Positions 61,283 to 64,000 of a stretch of DNA of 64,000 bases are shown piece after piece. The stretch's first letter is position 1. The number at the start of each line of letters is the position of its first letter. The notes under the pieces were generated by a model. The model was not told the origin of the DNA, searched no databases, and saw nothing but the letters and a program-made list of their open reading frames with translations. The DNA is from Cladosporium halotolerans. Taxonomy: Eukaryota. The translations under genes and the position numbers were made by a program. The DNA lies in NCBI RefSeq assembly GCF_011745625.1, contig NW_027191489.1:62001-126000 (forward strand), read 5' to 3'.

Positions 61283-64000
61283 ATGGCTGCGCATTACCGC
61301 AATGACAGCGTGCTTGGCCACAAGGCTGCCATTGGCGACGGGCAGTCTACGCAGACCCAGCAGAACGCAATGGAAAGATCATTTCCAGCGAACGAGACAA
61401 ATGCGCATTATGATCGCAGGACCTCCGACATTAGCAATGAAGCGGCTGCCAAAAGCGTTGGCCCAACTTCATCTGCGCCTCGAAAGCACCGCGTGCCTTT
61501 GGCGTGTAAGAGGTGCAAACGAAGAAAGCAGCGGGTACGTACTTCTGGCATGCGTCTGCCTACGCTGTTTCATTGAGTCGCACAATGCCTGATCATAACG
61601 CTCTTATTATAGTGCGATGGCACCCGCCCCTGCTGTAAATCTTGCGACAGGGTGGGTGTGGCGTGTGCGTATGAGAAGTCCGTCCGTCCTCAGTATCCCG
61701 GCGGAAAAACATTGTACGTTGAGATCCATTCCTAAAGTTTGATGACGCTCGGTGTACTAGCAGAACTACAGGTACATCAACGCTTTGGAGGAGCGCATTG
61801 CATTTCTCGAAGCTCGAATACCCGACCAAGCCGAGGATCACTTCGTTGCTGAAGCAGACGACAACCCCGTATCCACCTCCGATGCTGTAGGACAAGCGCC
61901 AATGGCAAGATTTCCAAAACGACGAGACTCTTCTCATCAGTCCATGGGAGATTCGGTCTCTGAGGATGCCGATTTCGACGACAGGAGCTCTCTGGTAGAT
62001 GGCGTGGCTTACCTCTCTCTCTGTGCATCTGGCACCACAGACACAACTTCGGAGCCGTACTATGTCGGCTCTAGCTCTGGAGCAACGATCGCCCGTGTCA
62101 TCCAGTCGTCCATCTTCCGAGGTGCGGGCAGCCGAGCCGCAAATCATGCGGCACTTCAAGAAGAAAACCGAACAGCACATTCCTCAAGGCCGCTCACACC
62201 GCCGCTTTCGACGGAATCAGATCAAACGCCATGCGATTTTCCTGAGCCTGAACAAGCTCGAATGCTGTTCGACATTTTCTTCGAGCGTATCCACACCCGT
62301 TGGCCGATCCTGGATCGCGTGGTGTACGAGCGCTCGTTCGAGAAGCAGTATATCCTGGGTGCTTTGACGGTGGTCGAGCGGAGCATATTCCATCTCATCT
62401 ATGCGATTACTGCTCGATTCTTGTCTCTGACGAGAAAATTGTGTAGTGTTGACTCTGAGGTAATGTGATCAGCATGGCGATGGAGGGCGCCTGGCTAACA
62501 GTATGCAGCGTCACCTTCTCGCCGCCACAGCATCGATGGATTTCATTTTGGAGCAACACAGCCTTGCCACCCTTCAATTCCTGGTCCTTCTAGGGGTTCA
62601 CGGCCAGAGATCCCCGTATGGTGCAGGCGCTTGGTCTCAGATCAGATATGCTACTTCTGTCTGCATCGAGATGGGCTTGCACAGAAAGCGAACTCGGATC
62701 GCTTCAGTAGAGCAAGCAAGAGATGCTGAGATCCGTCGCCGCGTGTTCTGGGCTTGCTATTGCCTTGACCGTTCTACAAGTATCGTGCTTGGCCGTGCGT
62801 TTGCAATTTCTGACAAAGACATTAATGTCGAGGTATGCTACACGCATGTATTCTCATCAGACTCTTGCTAACATCACAAAAAGCTCCCTAGCGCTGGCGG
62901 CCAATTTTGGAGCTTGACGCACAAAGAAGCTCGTGACCCGGCAAAGGGGCACTGGTCAAATGTTGAGCCCTTCATTCATATAATCAAGTTGGACCGGATC
63001 AACTCACGGACCCACAAAGCTGTGTTCCGTGTCGACCGGGACATCCTTAGCGGTCCGCCTGAAGAGAAGGCCAAGCTTGATCAGAAGATGGCCACTATCA
63101 GATCTGACCTGGATGAATGGCTGAGCACATGTCCTCAAACCCCCAAAGAAGGCAACAAGATCACCTGGATGTACGACCCGGAAAGCGCCTACCTCGACGC
63201 GCGGGACTTCTACGGGGTGTGAGTACCATTTGCACGAATATCACTTGCCACTAGCTCATAGCTGTGTAGGCAATACCATAAAGCCGTGCTCTTTCTCTTC
63301 ACGACACTTCTTCCGACTCTGGACAAGTCTGACCCGCGCTTCATCACCTGTGCCCACTCCGCCACTGCCGTATGCACAGCGTATAAGAGACTCAACCAAA
63401 ACCGGACACTCACATACACTATGATTTCTCTACATTCAGTCTTCGTTGCTGGCCTTACGCTGGTTTACTGCATCTGGCGTGACCGATTGCTTTTCTCCTA
63501 CGAGACTCTTGAGGCGACAAGAGATTGCTCCCAGTCTCTCACTATTTTCGGCGAGAAGTGGCCAGGCGCAGTCAAATACCGCGACATCTTCGATGCCCTC
63601 TCCGGAAGTGTCCTCAAATCTATCGTCAATCCCGGACCGTCAGTGCCTCATGCTGGAGCATCCTGTCCTGTGGCAGCCAGCAATGCCATAGATCCAACTA
63701 TATCCAGCCGACAATCTCACAGCCAGCGAAGCGGCCAGCATCGAGCAAAACGAGGCTCAATTCCGCATGAAGAACAGACAATGGGCAACACGGTGCCCGA
63801 AGCCGTAAAAGAGGCGTTCATGGAAGTTGACGGGGAAGCGCCCGGCGGATGGCAAGGGTGGCGCATGTGGAACGACATGATGAAGGACGACACGACCCTT
63901 GTCCCAGACCCGGCAACTCGATCAACGGCGAACCCACAACGATCTGATGACCTTACTTGGCATGCGTATGCGGACACTGGCTTTTACGGTGTCGATCCAG
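61283..64000 (+). CDS. Zn(II)2Cys6 transcription factor, Ppr1/UaY-like (multi-exon, 3' end beyond the window)
   Basis: ACKRCKRRKQR|CDGTRPCCKSCDRVGVAC, YINALEERIAFLE dimerisation helix, YVGSSSG, EMGLHR, RRRVFWACYCLDR..S..LGR; the frame is open to the window end. Confidence 0.9.

Noticed and set aside
1..64000. Search for TGA-CTA readthrough with cryptic peroxisomal PTS1, tRNAs, rRNA, CRISPR arrays and transposons
   Set aside because: The stop contexts checked by eye gave no TGA-CTA or SKL-type extensions, and no T-loop, rRNA, regular spacer array or transposase signatures were seen. A tRNAscan/Rfam run would be needed to exclude small RNAs.

Overview
Gene-dense, intron-containing DNA from a filamentous ascomycete. 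Introns are short (about 50-70 nt) GT-AG with CTRAC branch sites; the gene content would fit a plant-associated Dothideomycete, but the species cannot be determined from the sequence. About 31 protein-coding genes were resolved: ILV3, pyrroline-5-carboxylate reductase, a Zn alcohol dehydrogenase, a chromodomain protein, TIM13, NUC1/EndoG, coronin, three adjacent CAZymes (GH29 fucosidase, tandem-GH43, PL3 pectate lyase), acetate kinase, TLG2, calmodulin, MET2, a hybrid histidine kinase, a DUF3445 protein, two orphan secreted proteins, a Zn2Cys6 factor with a divergent Baeyer-Villiger-type monooxygenase, an orphan repeat protein, an NRAMP, three tandem BTB/POZ genes, a DUF1295 protein, a DHA1 MFS transporter and, at the right end, an old yellow enzyme + NCS1 permease + Ppr1/UaY-like Zn2Cys6 gene (truncated). 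No rRNA, tRNA, CRISPR or transposon was recognised. The best leads are: (1) the OYE/NCS1/Zn2Cys6 trio, which shares TCGG-N11-CCGA sites and has a perfect TTTCGG-N6-CCGAAA site, suggesting an uncharacterised N-heterocycle utilisation module; (2) an in-frame TGA interrupting an apparent GPI signal of the fucosidase; (3) a Kex2-type linker between two GH43 domains; (4) a MET2 5'-leader intron holding a uAUG whose ORF overlaps the main start; (5) the BTB trio with a positionally conserved upstream motif; (6) a triplicated basic DPxTGELxPL motif in the chromodomain protein. All exon boundaries were read by eye and all product calls come from recognised motifs, not database searches.
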